64,000 nt of DNA from Callorhinchus milii (taxonomy: Eukaryota). Shown piece by piece: positions 62,929 through 64,000 of the stretch (position 1 is its first letter; every line of letters begins with the position of its first letter). The position numbers and the translations under genes were made by a program. Location of the stretch: assembly GCF_018977255.1 (NCBI RefSeq), contig NW_024704849.1, positions 1 through 64,000 of the forward strand. Reading direction: 5' to 3'. Under the pieces are notes generated by a model, which ran no database searches, was not told the DNA's origin, and saw only the letters and a list, made by a program, of their open reading frames with translations.

Positions 62929-63673
62929 GCTTCTTGTATTGTCGAAAGCCCAGATACAGCACTGTGAGAGCCCCAGTATCGAGCTTTACAGTAATATGTA
63001 GCGCTGTCTTCAACTTGCAAATCACTAATTTCCAGAGAAGATGACTTCGATTCCTTGACAGTTTTTATAACAAACCGTTCTTCATGAGGGATAAGCTTCC
63101 AATGTTGCTCCGTTGGAAATTGCCTGTAAAAGTCCATGCTGTTGAATGTGTCATCAATGTGCGCTTCAAATAAGCAATTGATGGTCAAAGACCCGCATTC
63201 TTCTCTGATGAGAGAGGATGGCGTCTGCTTTACCGACCGACTTAAAACGTCTGAAAAATATACACAACATGTCATCAGTTTAATAGATCCTGAACACTGA
63301 TCACGTCTACGAAATTAATTCTATTAAAAGTGACGCAATAGATAAAACGTTGATAGAGTATAACATGTATAAATCATATCAATTGAAATACATATAAGTA
63401 TATTGTACAATAACAATATACTTAATAGCAAAGTCCTGCTGTATTTCGCTCACAAGATACACAGCTAATGTACTTTACAATATATTCCGTGAAGAGCTTT
63501 GAGATGATTCAACAACAAAATAAGGCGCTAAATCAATGCAATGATTATTATCATAATTGCTATATTGCACGTGCTAATGATGACATTCAATAGTGCTGTG
63601 TTTTTCTGTGTAATGGAAATAAACACTTACTTTGCAAGAATAGGAAGGAGATGGAGACACAGAGCAGAGACAT
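62929..63673 (-). CDS. NAR-TCR V4, intact leader + V + RSS
   Basis: Leader 63673-63631 MSLLCVSISFLFLQ. V exon 63250-62967 VLSRSVKQTPSSLIREECGSLTINC...MDFYRQ...DSATYYCKARYWGS. RSS CACAGTG (62960-62966), 22 nt, ACAAGAAGC. Confidence 0.93.
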
Positions 63674-64000
63674 TCTCTCACCACTGGGAGACACCGTCAG
63701 CCCCGGACACCTCAGAGTGACTGTGAGTAACACAGGGCTGTTCTGTAAGAGCGTTGGAGATTTGTTTTTTTGTGATGAACAGCGTCACATCATGGCTGAT
63801 GTCAGCGGCGTTGAGGGGTGGGCGGTGGGTGATTTGTGGTTGCAAGACACAACTTGAGGAAAGGACTCACTATCTGTGCCCGAGAGGGCGGATGAGGGGG
63901 ATTTGTGGGTGACTCTTGAGCACTCAATTGAACATACAATTGACCAGGAGCCAACGAGAGGAAATATAAACTGACCGTGGGAGTGGACAGAGGCTGTGTA

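Noticed and set aside
30107-63673. IgNAR or IgH antibody clusters
   Set aside because: No Ig constant exons follow. The segments lead to leaderless TCR-type Vs with a CDR1 Cys and are interspersed with TCR V genes. No IgH-type V was recognised.

Overview
Vertebrate genomic DNA, inferred to be from a cartilaginous fish, covering the V region of a T-cell receptor delta/alpha locus that contains NAR-TCR cassettes. All antigen-receptor segments are on the minus strand. No Ddelta, Jdelta or constant exon is visible, so these should lie beyond coordinate 1. The window holds four unrearranged leader-NAR V-(12-D-12)-(23-J) cassettes, four leaderless supporting Vdelta segments plus one deleted remnant, and about 13 conventional Valpha/delta genes or pseudogenes. 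It also holds tRNA-derived SINEs, LINE-like fragments, microsatellites, two N gaps and a zinc-finger relic. The main result is five germline-joined, leaderless, RSS-free NAR V-D-J exons lying between a rearranging NAR cassette and its supporting Vdelta. Three are intact 351-nt phase-1/phase-1 exons, one is 350 nt, and one is a pseudogene. Their splice phases and cysteine pattern predict TCRdelta chains with three V domains (27.4-33.2 kb) and up to five V domains (51.6-63.7 kb), rather than the two known for NAR-TCR. This splicing model is inference. Several frameshifts fall in homopolymer runs and may be assembly errors. All coordinates were read by hand.
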